Source: an uncultured Melioribacteraceae bacterium | GTDB lineage: Bacteria; Bacteroidota; Ignavibacteria; Ignavibacteriales; Melioribacteraceae | Direction of reading: 5' to 3' | Length of the DNA stretch: 64,000 nt | Assembly (NCBI GenBank): GCA_963821715.1 | Contig: CAWGET010000010.1 | Span: 47,990 to 111,989 of the forward strand | Shown here: positions 20,955 to 29,860 of the stretch, piece by piece | How the letters are laid out: the number at the start of each line of letters is the position of its first letter | Position numbering within the stretch: position 1 is the first letter of the stretch | Made by a program: the position numbers and the translations under genes | Notes under the pieces: generated by a model | What the model saw: the letters and a program-made list of their open reading frames with translations, nothing else | What the model was told of the DNA's origin: nothing | The model's database searches: none

Positions 20955-21593
20955 ATGATTTCAGAGGCTGTATACTTACACTATTTTTCCGCTTTGGAAG
21001 AAGGCGACAGGGAAACGTGTGCTACCATTGTGGATGATCTTTTAGAAAAAGAAGTTGACCCTAAAGATATTTATATCAATCTATTTCAAAAGTCGATGTA
21101 CAGAATAGGTGATCTTTGGGACACAAGCCGTTATACTATAGCAGCGGAACATATCTCTACCAAGATCACAGAAAGCATCATAAGTAAAGTCGCAGATAAA
21201 TATAGAAGTGAATCATCAGGTAAAACAATTCTCTTATCCTGTTTAGACAAAGAATTCCACGAGTTGGGTGCTAGAATAGTGGCTGATTTTTTTGAAATTC
21301 ACGGTTGGCGATCTATTTTTCTAGGTGCGAATACACCGAAGGAAGAAATTCTTGATTTAATTGAAGAACGCAAACCGGATTTAGTAGGTATTTCCAACAA
21401 TTTTTATATGAACGTTCCGCGTCTCATAAAATTGGTTTCTGAAATCCGCGAAAGATTTCCCAAGCAGAAAGTAATTGTCGGTGGTCAGTCATTAAACTTC
21501 AACGGGAAATCTGATCTGCTGAAATCATTCAGTAAAATTCAATATCTTCCGGATTTAAACAAAGTAGAAGAATATATTAAAAATACCAAGTAG
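20955..21593 (+). CDS. stand-alone cobalamin-binding protein, CarH-type light-sensor module without DNA-binding domain
   Basis: 212 aa. Helical-bundle motif W55-x9-E65-H66 (DLWDTSRYTIAAEH). B12-binding Rossmann motif E100-x-H102-x-x-G105 (KEFHELG), then a Ser 42 residues on and GG 26 residues after that. There is no MerR/HTH N-terminus. Confidence 0.75.
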   Translation: MISEAVYLHYFSALEEGDRETCATIVDDLLEKEVDPKDIYINLFQKSMYRIGDLWDTSRYTIAAEHISTKITESIISKVADKYRSESSGKTILLSCLDKEFHELGARIVADFFEIHGWRSIFLGANTPKEEILDLIEERKPDLVGISNNFYMNVPRLIKLVSEIRERFPKQKVIVGGQSLNFNGKSDLLKSFSKIQYLPDLNKVEEYIKNTK

Positions 21594-21685
21594 AGACGAA
21601 ATCCATACTGTCTCAAAAGTCATACCCACAAACTTCTCAAGTTCAAAAAAAATCGTGGAGTATGCGAGAATAAAAATCAGCTTCT

Positions 21686-22132
21686 CTACTTCCGAATAGT
21701 TTTCTTCACAAAATCTATTTTTGGTTTTTCAAAAGCGTTTTTTTTGGATGACGAAAATTTGAAGAAAAAGAAAAAATATATTCCCATTGCGACAAGCCCA
21801 AGTAAAAATGAGAGGAATTCTTTTTGTAAATTTTGCTGAAAGATTTGGAGTCCGACAAAAATTGCTGTAATCAAAATTATAAGCGGCACTCCGTAAAGAA
21901 GAAAAGAAATTTTGAATACAGACATGCCCGGAATTGAAATCCGCACTTCATCGCCCGGATGAACTCCAAACGAATCCGCGACCGAAAGAGTCTTTTTATC
22001 CTTATCGGAAGGCTTGCAAAATAATTTAGCCGAGCAATCTCCGCACTCATCGTTCTCAATCAGCACTATTTCCGCAACTCCTTCTCCGCAGCTTAAGACA
22101 ATTCCTTCTTCGTATAAATATTCTCTATTCAT
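21686..22132 (-). CDS. RseC/MucC-family protein (SoxR-reducing system component)
   Basis: ORF 21686..22207 trimmed to the ATG at 22132 (MNREYLYEEGIVLSC...CGDCSAKLFC). Two C-terminal TM helices. ATGA overlap with the rnfB stop. Last gene of the rnf operon. Confidence 0.7.
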   Translation of the reverse strand: MNREYLYEEGIVLSCGEGVAEIVLIENDECGDCSAKLFCKPSDKDKKTLSVADSFGVHPGDEVRISIPGMSVFKISFLLYGVPLIILITAIFVGLQIFQQNLQKEFLSFLLGLVAMGIYFFFFFKFSSSKKNAFEKPKIDFVKKTIRK

Positions 22133-22971
22133 TTTTCCACGACTAACTCTTTTCCTACTTCCGCCATTTTCTCTTCGAGCAATTTCCCAATCGCGCCGGT
22201 TTTGCATTTATCGAAAGGAATTAATTCTTCGTTTAATTTTTCATAATTAATTACCGGAAGAAAATCATCCATCGTAATTCCGCCTTCCGATTTACGCGCG
22301 CATATTCCGCATCCGAAACACGCAACGCTGCAAACTTCCTTAGCCGTTTTAGGGTCGTCATGATTTTTGCAAAACACAAAAACATTACGGTCTTCGGGAT
22401 GCATTTCTATCACATTCCGCGAGCAGGCTTTCGCGCATAATCCGCAGCCGGTGCAAAGTTCGTCAATCACTTCGGGAAGTCCGTTTTTATTCATTATCAT
22501 CGCGCCGAACGGGCACGCACTAACGCAATCGCCGCCGCCGAGACATCCGTAAAAGCAAAGCTTTTCTCCGCCCGATACAATACTGGCGGCTGAACAGCTC
22601 AATGGTCCGGCGTAATTTGCAGGTTTGTTCACCGCTTCATTGTTTCCGCCGCGGCATAAAATAACGGGATGCATTTTACCGCCGCCTCCGGCTTCTACTC
22701 CCATAATCTCCGCAATCTTCATCGCGGTTTCTTCGCCGCCTACCGGGCATCCGTTAACGGACATTTTTCCTTCCACAACGTTTACTGCAAAATCGTAGCA
22801 TCCGGCTTTTCCGCAGGCTCCGCAATTCGCCCCGGGAAGTACTTCGTTTACTTCGGCAATTTTCGGGTCTTCTTCCACGTGAAGTTTTTTGTTGGCGAAC
22901 GCGAGACCGCCGGCGAATATAAACCCCAATCCGCCCATTGTCGCTATCGCAATTAAAAATGTATAATCCAT
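22129..22971 (-). CDS. rnfB: Rnf complex subunit B
   Basis: 280 aa. N-terminal TM helix, CGACGKAGC-type cluster site and several CxxCxxCxxxCP-like 4Fe-4S motifs. Confidence 0.9.
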   Translation of the reverse strand: MDYTFLIAIATMGGLGFIFAGGLAFANKKLHVEEDPKIAEVNEVLPGANCGACGKAGCYDFAVNVVEGKMSVNGCPVGGEETAMKIAEIMGVEAGGGGKMHPVILCRGGNNEAVNKPANYAGPLSCSAASIVSGGEKLCFYGCLGGGDCVSACPFGAMIMNKNGLPEVIDELCTGCGLCAKACSRNVIEMHPEDRNVFVFCKNHDDPKTAKEVCSVACFGCGICARKSEGGITMDDFLPVINYEKLNEELIPFDKCKTGAIGKLLEEKMAEVGKELVVEK

Positions 22972-22973
22972 AT

Positions 22974-23939
22974 TTATCTCCGGAAATATTTTTCGAAACC
23001 GGATGAATAAAAAACCGTTCCCGCACTATCGACAATCAGCGCTTCGGTATTCTCAAGGCTTTCGATAGTTTCCATTCCTTTTTTCGGTCCAATCACAAAA
23101 ATTCCGGTAGCCAATCCGTCCGCCGTTGTTACATCTTCCGCAATCACCGTTACGGCTTCGGTCTCGGTCGCCGGCATTCCGGTAACCGGATTTATTATGT
23201 GATGATATCGTTTTCCTTCTTCTTCAAAAAACTGTTCGTAGTCGCCGGACGTCGCCACACCGACTCCGTCCGGGTTCAAAACTCCGATCAATTCATTTCT
23301 CTTTCTCGGATGCTGGATTCCGATTCTCCAATCTTCTCCCAACGCTCTTATCTCTCCGCCCGCGTTGATCAGATAATTATCAATTCCGTTTTCCTCAAGT
23401 ATTCCGGCGGCTTTATCAACCGCGTAGCCTTTGGCTATTCCTCCAAAATTTATTTTTTGTCCGGGCTCTTTTATTAATCGATTTTTATTTTTGATCCCAA
23501 TATTTTTCCATCCCGTTTTTTGTAAAACTTCAAGAACTTCATCTTTGGAAGGCACGCCTGGATCGCCGCTTTCAAATCCGAGCAAATCAATTAGGTCTCC
23601 TATTGCCGGATCGAATCCGCCCTGAGTCGCTTTGTAAAGCTCGTCCGATTTTAGAACGAGATAGGAAGATTCATTGTCAAGCTCTATTGTATCTTCTTTC
23701 GTGTTATTGAATTTCCACATCCAATTATGCTGTTTATAGGTAGAATATTTCTCGTCGATCCTGTTAAATTCTTTGAACGCTTCGTCAACGGCATTTTTTG
23801 CTTCTTCTTTGTCGGCGTCTTTAATCTGGATTTCCACAATCGTTCCCATCGAAGTTGTGGTTCGTTTGTAAATTTCATCTTCAGTGCCGCAAGCTGAAAA
23901 GAGAAAACCGATGAGTGTTATATAAAACAAATTTTTCAT
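22974..23939 (-). CDS. apbE: FAD:protein FMN transferase (lipoprotein)
   Basis: 321 aa. Lipobox LFSAC and ApbE motifs (GGIAKGYAVD, ATSGDYEQ, HIINPVTG). Embedded between rnfA and rnfB. Confidence 0.9.
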   Translation of the reverse strand: MKNLFYITLIGFLFSACGTEDEIYKRTTTSMGTIVEIQIKDADKEEAKNAVDEAFKEFNRIDEKYSTYKQHNWMWKFNNTKEDTIELDNESSYLVLKSDELYKATQGGFDPAIGDLIDLLGFESGDPGVPSKDEVLEVLQKTGWKNIGIKNKNRLIKEPGQKINFGGIAKGYAVDKAAGILEENGIDNYLINAGGEIRALGEDWRIGIQHPRKRNELIGVLNPDGVGVATSGDYEQFFEEEGKRYHHIINPVTGMPATETEAVTVIAEDVTTADGLATGIFVIGPKKGMETIESLENTEALIVDSAGTVFYSSGFEKYFRR

Positions 23940-23940
23940 T

Positions 23941-24513
23941 TTAGATCAATCCCGAAAATCCCATAAAGGCGAGTGCCAAAATTCCGGCAACTATTAAAGT
24001 AATTGGGGCGCCTTGAAACGGCTTCGGCACATCGGATAATTCTAGTTCTTCCCGAATCCCCGCCATAATTGTAATCGCGAGCGTGAAACCGGCTCCCGCG
24101 CCCAATCCGAAAATTATACTTTCAATAAAAGTGTAATCACGCAAGACCATAAAAAGCGCCAGACCGAGAATGGCGCAATTGGTTGTAATGAGTGGAAGGA
24201 AAATTCCCAACGCTTGGTAAAGCGGCCGGCTTACTTTTTTGATGAACATTTCCACAAACTGAACAAGCGAGGCGATGACCAGAATAAACGCAACGTATTG
24301 AAGAAACTCAAGGTTATTCGGAATCAAGATCAAATAATAAATAAGCCAGGTTACAATCGATGTGATCGTCATAACAAATGTGGTTGCAATTCCCATCGAA
24401 AAGGCCGAAGAGATTTTGTTCGAAACTCCGATGAACGGACAGATGCCGAGAAAATACGCAAGGACAAAGTTATTTACTAACGCGGCTGAAACGAAAATCA
24501 AAAATAATTCCAT
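23941..24513 (-). CDS. rnfA: Rnf complex subunit A
   Basis: 190-aa polytopic protein with the RnfA/NqrE-type sequence (NNFVLAYFLGICPF...). Confidence 0.95.
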   Translation of the reverse strand: MELFLIFVSAALVNNFVLAYFLGICPFIGVSNKISSAFSMGIATTFVMTITSIVTWLIYYLILIPNNLEFLQYVAFILVIASLVQFVEMFIKKVSRPLYQALGIFLPLITTNCAILGLALFMVLRDYTFIESIIFGLGAGAGFTLAITIMAGIREELELSDVPKPFQGAPITLIVAGILALAFMGFSGLI

Positions 24514-24515
24514 CC

Positions 24516-25196
24516 CTAAACCTCCTGCCCACTAACCGCTATTGCGGATTTCGACTCAAAATGTTTACGGTAAATATTTTCGCGCTCTAATCTTTTCTTC
24601 CTTAAAGAAAAGAAGTTGAACGTTCCCATTAAAATACCAAGCGTAAGAAAAGCGCCCGCCGGAAGGATCATCACTAACCATGGTTCGTAAATATCCGGCA
24701 TCACTTGAAATCCTAGAAGCGTTCGCGTTCCCAGAATTTCTCTTATTCCACCGAGAATAAAGAGCGCGAGTAAAAATCCGCTTCCCATTCCGAGGGAATC
24801 GAGCAAAGATCTTCCAACATTATTTTTTGACGAAAAGGCTTCCTGCCTTCCGAGAATTACACAGTTTACTACGATTAACGGAATGTATGGACCGAGCGAT
24901 TTGCTTAACCCGGGAAATTGTGCTTTCATTACTAAATCTACAATCGTTACAAAAGTCGCGATGATTAAAATATACGCGGCAATCCTTACTTGCGACGGGA
25001 TCAACTTCCGAAGCGAAGAAATTATCAGACTTGAAAATGTAAGAACGAAAGTTGTAGCTAGCGCCATCGCGATTCCGTTTATAGCGGAAACCGTAACGGC
25101 GAGTGTCGGACACATTCCCAAAACCTGAATGAAAACGGGATTATTTTTCCAGACTCCTTTTGCGTATTCGGCGCCGAGAGAAATTTGTTTACTCAT
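24516..25196 (-). CDS. rnfE: Rnf complex subunit E
   Basis: 226 aa, RnfE/NqrD-type (NPVFIQVLGMCPTLAVT...). Confidence 0.95.
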   Translation of the reverse strand: MSKQISLGAEYAKGVWKNNPVFIQVLGMCPTLAVTVSAINGIAMALATTFVLTFSSLIISSLRKLIPSQVRIAAYILIIATFVTIVDLVMKAQFPGLSKSLGPYIPLIVVNCVILGRQEAFSSKNNVGRSLLDSLGMGSGFLLALFILGGIREILGTRTLLGFQVMPDIYEPWLVMILPAGAFLTLGILMGTFNFFSLRKKRLERENIYRKHFESKSAIAVSGQEV

Positions 25197-25759
25197 AATC
25201 CGCCTCCTAAATTTTGCTCGTTTCGCAGCGCTTGCAATCCGTTGTTTACTATTTGCACAACCGACTTGGAAGAAATCGTAGCGCCGGTAACCGCTTGAAT
25301 TTCGTTCGGTTCAGAAGGAGCCGCTCCTTTAATCCAATCAACTTCGGTCTCGCATTGTAATCCGTTAAATTGATTTTTAAATTCCGTTTCGGTTACTTTG
25401 GTTCCGAGTCCGGGAGTTTCCACCTGTTCCAGAATTTCTAATCCGACCAAAGTATTTAAATTTTTCTCTACTCCGAACATCAGCCGAATATTTCCCTGGA
25501 ACCCGTTTCCCTCATATAAAACGGCGTATCCGAGAGAATTCTGTTCGGCATCGTAAACTTCGAAGAGCGGAAACTCCGCGCTTTCAATTTGCTGGTAATT
25601 TTCCGCTTCCGGCTGAACATTGAATATCGCTTCTTCCATCGCGGCTTTTCTGTGCATTTCAATTTTCGGTTCAGCCCAGCTATCGATTTGCGAAAGCAGA
25701 CCGCCGGAGATTACGCCAATCAGACTTAAAGTGAGAATCATTTTGGTCACTAAATTCAT
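25193..25759 (-). CDS. rnfG: Rnf complex subunit G
   Basis: ORF 25193..25945 trimmed to the ATG at 25759 (MNLVTKMILTLSLIGV...). FMN attachment motif VTGATISS. ATGA overlap with the rnfD stop. Confidence 0.85.
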   Translation of the reverse strand: MNLVTKMILTLSLIGVISGGLLSQIDSWAEPKIEMHRKAAMEEAIFNVQPEAENYQQIESAEFPLFEVYDAEQNSLGYAVLYEGNGFQGNIRLMFGVEKNLNTLVGLEILEQVETPGLGTKVTETEFKNQFNGLQCETEVDWIKGAAPSEPNEIQAVTGATISSKSVVQIVNNGLQALRNEQNLGGGL

Positions 25760-26721
25760 TTTGCAGCTCCAAAAACTCTTGGTCTTGTATATCTGTTTAT
25801 CATCGGAACAAAAGCGTTCATAAATAAAATCGCATACATCACGCCTTCCGGAAGCCCGCCGAATAATCTTATTAAAACGATAACGAAAGAAATCCCGAGT
25901 CCGAAGATCCACATTCCTTTTGCGGTAAGGGGCGAAGTCACCCAATCTGTAGCCATAAAAAACGCGCCGAATAAAAATCCGCCGGCAAGTAACAAGAATA
26001 AAGGATTCGGATAATTTACCGGGTCGAAGATCCAGAAAATTCCGCCGAATAAAATTATTCCAAAAGTCATCGCCGCGGGAATTCTCCAGTTCACTATTTT
26101 CACTGCGATCAAAAATATTCCGCCGATTAGAATTGCGATAGCTGAAGTTTCGCCGATAGAGCCGCCGATATTGCCGAAAAACATTCCGCTCATTCCTGCA
26201 ACCACTCCATCAAATTTATAAGCAGCGAGAGGAGTTGCGGAAGTTACCGCGTCCACTGCAAAATTTGGTTTTTCCCAAGTTGTCATCGCGACGGGAAAAG
26301 CGGCTTGCAGAAATGCGCGCCCAGCTAATGCCGGATTAAAAATATTGAATCCGAGTCCTCCGAAAATTTCTTTTCCGACCGCGACAGCAAAAACCGCTCC
26401 CAGCGCCGTTGAGACGAGAGAAAAATTCGGCGGGAGAATAAGAGCGAGCAGAAGTCCCGTCAGCGCTGCGCTTCCATCCATTAAGGTTATTTTCTTTTTC
26501 CTTATCGATTTGATCGCCGCTTCCGTTGCCGTAGCAAACCCTACACTTACGAGAATGATTAAAAATTGATAAATCCCAAAAAATAAAAGAGCGGAAATTA
26601 CTGAAGGTATAAGCGCGGCTAGCACCATCCACATTACCTTTTGTGTGGACCAGTTATAGCGGACGTGAGGCGAACTCGTCAATTCTAATTTTAATTCAGG
26701 AGCAACAGAAGTTGATGTCAT
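25756..26721 (-). CDS. rnfD: Rnf complex subunit D
   Basis: 321-aa polytopic protein of the RnfD/NqrB type, with flavinylation-type motif VTSATPL. Confidence 0.95.
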   Translation of the reverse strand: MTSTSVAPELKLELTSSPHVRYNWSTQKVMWMVLAALIPSVISALLFFGIYQFLIILVSVGFATATEAAIKSIRKKKITLMDGSAALTGLLLALILPPNFSLVSTALGAVFAVAVGKEIFGGLGFNIFNPALAGRAFLQAAFPVAMTTWEKPNFAVDAVTSATPLAAYKFDGVVAGMSGMFFGNIGGSIGETSAIAILIGGIFLIAVKIVNWRIPAAMTFGIILFGGIFWIFDPVNYPNPLFLLLAGGFLFGAFFMATDWVTSPLTAKGMWIFGLGISFVIVLIRLFGGLPEGVMYAILFMNAFVPMINRYTRPRVFGAAK

Positions 26722-26825
26722 TTTATGTATTTATATTCTTTAATTAAAAGCTAATTAATCAGTCTTACTTTTGAATTGCCGCGATGTTCAGAACATCATT
26801 TGGAATCTCCAGTAATCCCCATTCC

Positions 26826-28169
26826 TTATGCCGTTTTCCTTTCACGTTGTATTTCCAAAACTTTTTTCTTTCCGTGGCGAACCCATTGAACGATTGGGAT
26901 GTTAGCCGGACAATTAAACGTGCAGCTTCCGCATTCCATACAAACAGTGATGTTGTAAGCTTCCGCGTCGTCAAACCTTTCGAGCTGCGAGTATCTTGCG
27001 AGCCGCGTCGGTATCAATCCAAGCGGACAAACATCGATACACTTCCCGCAGCGCAGGCAAGTCGTTTCTTCTTCCCGAGCGGTGTCTGTTCCGTTCAAAA
27101 CTAAAATGCCGGATGTGGCTTTCATTACCGGTGCCGAGAAATCGTATTGAGCAATGCCCATCATCGGACCGCCAACAACAACTTTTTTCGCTCCTTCTTT
27201 CACGCCGCCGCATAATTCCAAAATGTCCGCAATCGAAGTTCCCACCCTCACGATTAAATTTTTAGGATGGTTTATTCCTTCTCCCGAAACCGTAAGCGCT
27301 GCGGTTATTTCCGGCTCTCCTTTAACTACCGCGTCATAAATAGCGACAGCAGTTCCGATATTTTGAATTACAACTCCAACATCTAAAGGAAGTTTCCCCG
27401 GCGGAACTTCTCTTCCGGTAACCGCTTTTATAAGCATCTTTTCCGCGCCTTGGGGATATTTCGTTTTCAAAACTTCAATTGAAATTTCAGATTCATTTTG
27501 CGCGGCTTGCTTTAATTTTTTTATTGATTCCGGTTTGTTATCTTCAATGCCGATCGATCCTTTTTCCAAACCGAGCGCTTTCATTATCAATTTTAATCCG
27601 CCGATAACCGCTTCTGGTCGCTCGATCATAAACCTATCGTCGCGAGTTAAATATGGTTCGCATTCGCATCCGTTCAAAATTACTGTATCAATCTTTTTAT
27701 CTTCAGGAGGTTTCAATTTTACAAAAGTCGGAAAGGCAGCGCCGCCTTGTCCCACTATTCCGGCTTGGCGTACTCTTTCCCTTATTTCATCGGGTGAAAT
27801 TTTCGCCGGATCGAGTTCCGGCATTCTTTCCAATTCGTTTTCTTCGGCCGCGTCTATTAAAATCGCTTCTTTCGGAAATCCTGAAACATTCGCTCCGGTA
27901 ATTATTTTTGCGACTTTTCCCGAAACGGAACTGTGTATCGGTGCGGAGATAAACCCTTCGGCTTCGGCAATTATTTGTCCGGCTTTTACCTCGTCGCCTT
28001 TCTTAACAATAGGACTTGCAGGCTTGCCTATGTGCTGCGAAAGAGGAATGACTACTTGTTTGGGATTTGGAGCGACTTCAAATTCTGAATTTTCTGTGTA
28101 GATTTTTCGGTCGGGCGGATGAACTCCCCCTCTGAATGTCTTCTTTCTTTTGAGGTATTTTTGCATCAT
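26826..28169 (-). CDS. rnfC: Rnf complex subunit C
   Basis: 447 aa with GGAAFPT nucleotide-site motif and two C-terminal 4Fe-4S motifs (CLRCGKCIDVCP, CMECGSCTFNCP). Confidence 0.95.
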   Translation of the reverse strand: MMQKYLKRKKTFRGGVHPPDRKIYTENSEFEVAPNPKQVVIPLSQHIGKPASPIVKKGDEVKAGQIIAEAEGFISAPIHSSVSGKVAKIITGANVSGFPKEAILIDAAEENELERMPELDPAKISPDEIRERVRQAGIVGQGGAAFPTFVKLKPPEDKKIDTVILNGCECEPYLTRDDRFMIERPEAVIGGLKLIMKALGLEKGSIGIEDNKPESIKKLKQAAQNESEISIEVLKTKYPQGAEKMLIKAVTGREVPPGKLPLDVGVVIQNIGTAVAIYDAVVKGEPEITAALTVSGEGINHPKNLIVRVGTSIADILELCGGVKEGAKKVVVGGPMMGIAQYDFSAPVMKATSGILVLNGTDTAREEETTCLRCGKCIDVCPLGLIPTRLARYSQLERFDDAEAYNITVCMECGSCTFNCPANIPIVQWVRHGKKKVLEIQRERKTA

Positions 28170-28357
28170 AAAAACAGCTCTTAATTATGATACACTTTTA
28201 AATCATATAATATGCCAGAAATGAAATTTCTCGTATTCGTAAATGCCTGCATTTTAAGCGTTTATAAAGATTATTTTTGATGCCGAAATTTATATCGAGA
28301 AAAAATTATCATTATTGGAAAAGCAGAATTCAGAATATGAGAAAATAAGGAGCGCAA

Positions 28358-28498
28358 ATGCGACGCGACTTTTACTTCCACCCAAAATTAAGACACAAAG
28401 TTTTATTTCCATTTTTGAGAATTTCTGGTAAATTTACTTTAAATTATATGTTTGATTATTTTAGAATTCTTAAAATAGAGAAAGAACTTATATGTTGA
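28358..28498 (+). CDS. possible 46-aa leader ORF overlapping the ferredoxin start
   Basis: AAGGAG sits 5 nt upstream of the ATG at 28358. The product is MRRDFYFHPKLRHKVLFPFLRISGKFTLNYMFDYFRILKIEKELIC. The stop at 28496-98 overlaps the ferredoxin ATG at 28492. It falls below the ORF-track size cutoff and has no family recognised. Confidence 0.2.
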   Translation: MRRDFYFHPKLRHKVLFPFLRISGKFTLNYMFDYFRILKIEKELIC

Positions 28499-28701
28499 TG
28501 ATAGAAATACTACCGGATAAATGCGACTTCTGCGGATGCTGCGTAGGAATTTGTCCGGAAGATGCGATAGAATTAAAGGAAGCGAAGATAAGGATAATAG
28601 AAGAACTTTGTACTAACTGCTCAAAGTGCATCTGGTCTTGTCCAATTGAAGTTCTAAAATTTAACAGGAACGGAGTGAAGGAGAGACGGAATGCGGAATG
28701 A
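28492..28701 (+). CDS. 2x[4Fe-4S] ferredoxin
   Basis: 69 aa with CDFCGCCVGICP and CTNCSKCIWSCP. Overlaps the next gene by 11 nt. Confidence 0.8.
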   Translation: MLMIEILPDKCDFCGCCVGICPEDAIELKEAKIRIIEELCTNCSKCIWSCPIEVLKFNRNGVKERRNAE

Positions 28702-29860
28702 GTATGACGTAATTGTTGTAGGAGCCGGACCGGCGGGATCAATGGCTGCTCGTTTCGCCGCCGAACAGGGAATTTCCGTTTTGATGCTGGAGAAAGACCG
28801 GGACGTCGGTTACCCGGTAAGGTGCGCCGAGGCAGTAAGTAAACGCGGTTTGATCGAATTTATTGAACCTGACGATAAATTTATCAATTCGCATATTACT
28901 AATTTTTCAATTACATCTCCGGAAGGCGAAGAAGTTTTTCTCGGTAATGTAGAGGACGCTTTTGTTCTCGAAAGAAGAATTTTCGATTATGAGCTTGCTA
29001 AAACTGCCGCGGAAGCCGGAGCGGAGATTTTAACGAGAGCTTACGTCTACGATCTTTTGTTTGAAGACGATAAAGTTTCCGGAGTAAAAATTGAATACCG
29101 CGGCGAAAAAAAAGAGATCAAATCAAAAATTGTAATTGCGGCAGACGGAGTTGAATCCCGCGTGGGACGATGGGCTGGAATTAAAACTCACATCGATTTC
29201 CGCGATATGGAATGCTGTTCGCAATACACAATCGGAAATATCTCCTTAAAAAGCGACACGCTCTATTTTTACTTTGGTCAGGACGTAGCACCGAACGGAT
29301 ATTTGTGGGTCTTCCCAAAAGGGGGCAACAGCGCTAATGTAGGTTTGGGAATAAGTGGAATTGCCGGAAAAAAAAGATCCGCACTATCATACCTGGAAGA
29401 TTTTATGGAGAAACATTTCCCTAACGCTTCAATATTAACATCCGTTGCCGGCGGAGTTCCCTGCACAACAACTCTCGATCAAATTACAGCGCCGGGAATT
29501 TTGCTCGCGGGCGATGCGGCTCGGCAGGTAAACCCTCTTTCTGGCGGAGGTATTTCAAGCGGAATGATCGGCGGAAGCATTGCCGGAAGAATTGCAGGCG
29601 AGGCGATTAAAAGCACCGACTTAAATCATATTTTTTCCTACGAAAAAGAATGGCATGATCGTATAGGCAAGCGGCATGAAACTTACGACAAACTGAAAAA
29701 TTTTGTTTTCAATTTTTCCGACGAAAGATTGAATAATTTGGCTGTAACGATGAACAAGATTCCACCTGAGAAAAGAACTTTAGGAAAATTATTTTCAAAG
29801 GCTCTCATTTCAAATCCGGCAATGATACTGGAAGCAGCTAAAGTATTTGTGATGAAATGA
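28691..29860 (+). CDS. geranylgeranyl reductase-family FAD-dependent oxidoreductase
   Basis: 389 aa. Dinucleotide fold YDVIVVGAGPAGSMAA, a later GDAA motif (LLAGDAARQVNPLSGGGI), and GGR-family length. Confidence 0.8.
   Translation: MRNEYDVIVVGAGPAGSMAARFAAEQGISVLMLEKDRDVGYPVRCAEAVSKRGLIEFIEPDDKFINSHITNFSITSPEGEEVFLGNVEDAFVLERRIFDYELAKTAAEAGAEILTRAYVYDLLFEDDKVSGVKIEYRGEKKEIKSKIVIAADGVESRVGRWAGIKTHIDFRDMECCSQYTIGNISLKSDTLYFYFGQDVAPNGYLWVFPKGGNSANVGLGISGIAGKKRSALSYLEDFMEKHFPNASILTSVAGGVPCTTTLDQITAPGILLAGDAARQVNPLSGGGISSGMIGGSIAGRIAGEAIKSTDLNHIFSYEKEWHDRIGKRHETYDKLKNFVFNFSDERLNNLAVTMNKIPPEKRTLGKLFSKALISNPAMILEAAKVFVMK

Noticed and set aside
27535-28101. Long antisense ORFs inside well-supported genes. 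Examples are 27535..28101 (+) within rnfC, 17599..17979 (+) within pckA, 6189..6626 (+) within gpmI, 19852..20316 (+) within the aminotransferase, 13698..14207 (-) and 43530..43940 (-).
   Set aside because: They are shadow ORFs opposite genes with clear family signatures. Their products are low-complexity or compositionally odd and have no recognisable motifs.
28170-28491. Search for a sigma-54 (-24 GG / -12 GC) promoter in the rnf / Fd-GGR divergent region, given the adjacent NtrC-type regulator.
   Set aside because: The candidates (tggaaaagcagaattc on the plus strand, ctggcatattatatgat on the minus strand) lack the -12 GC element at the correct spacing. No convincing site was found by eye.
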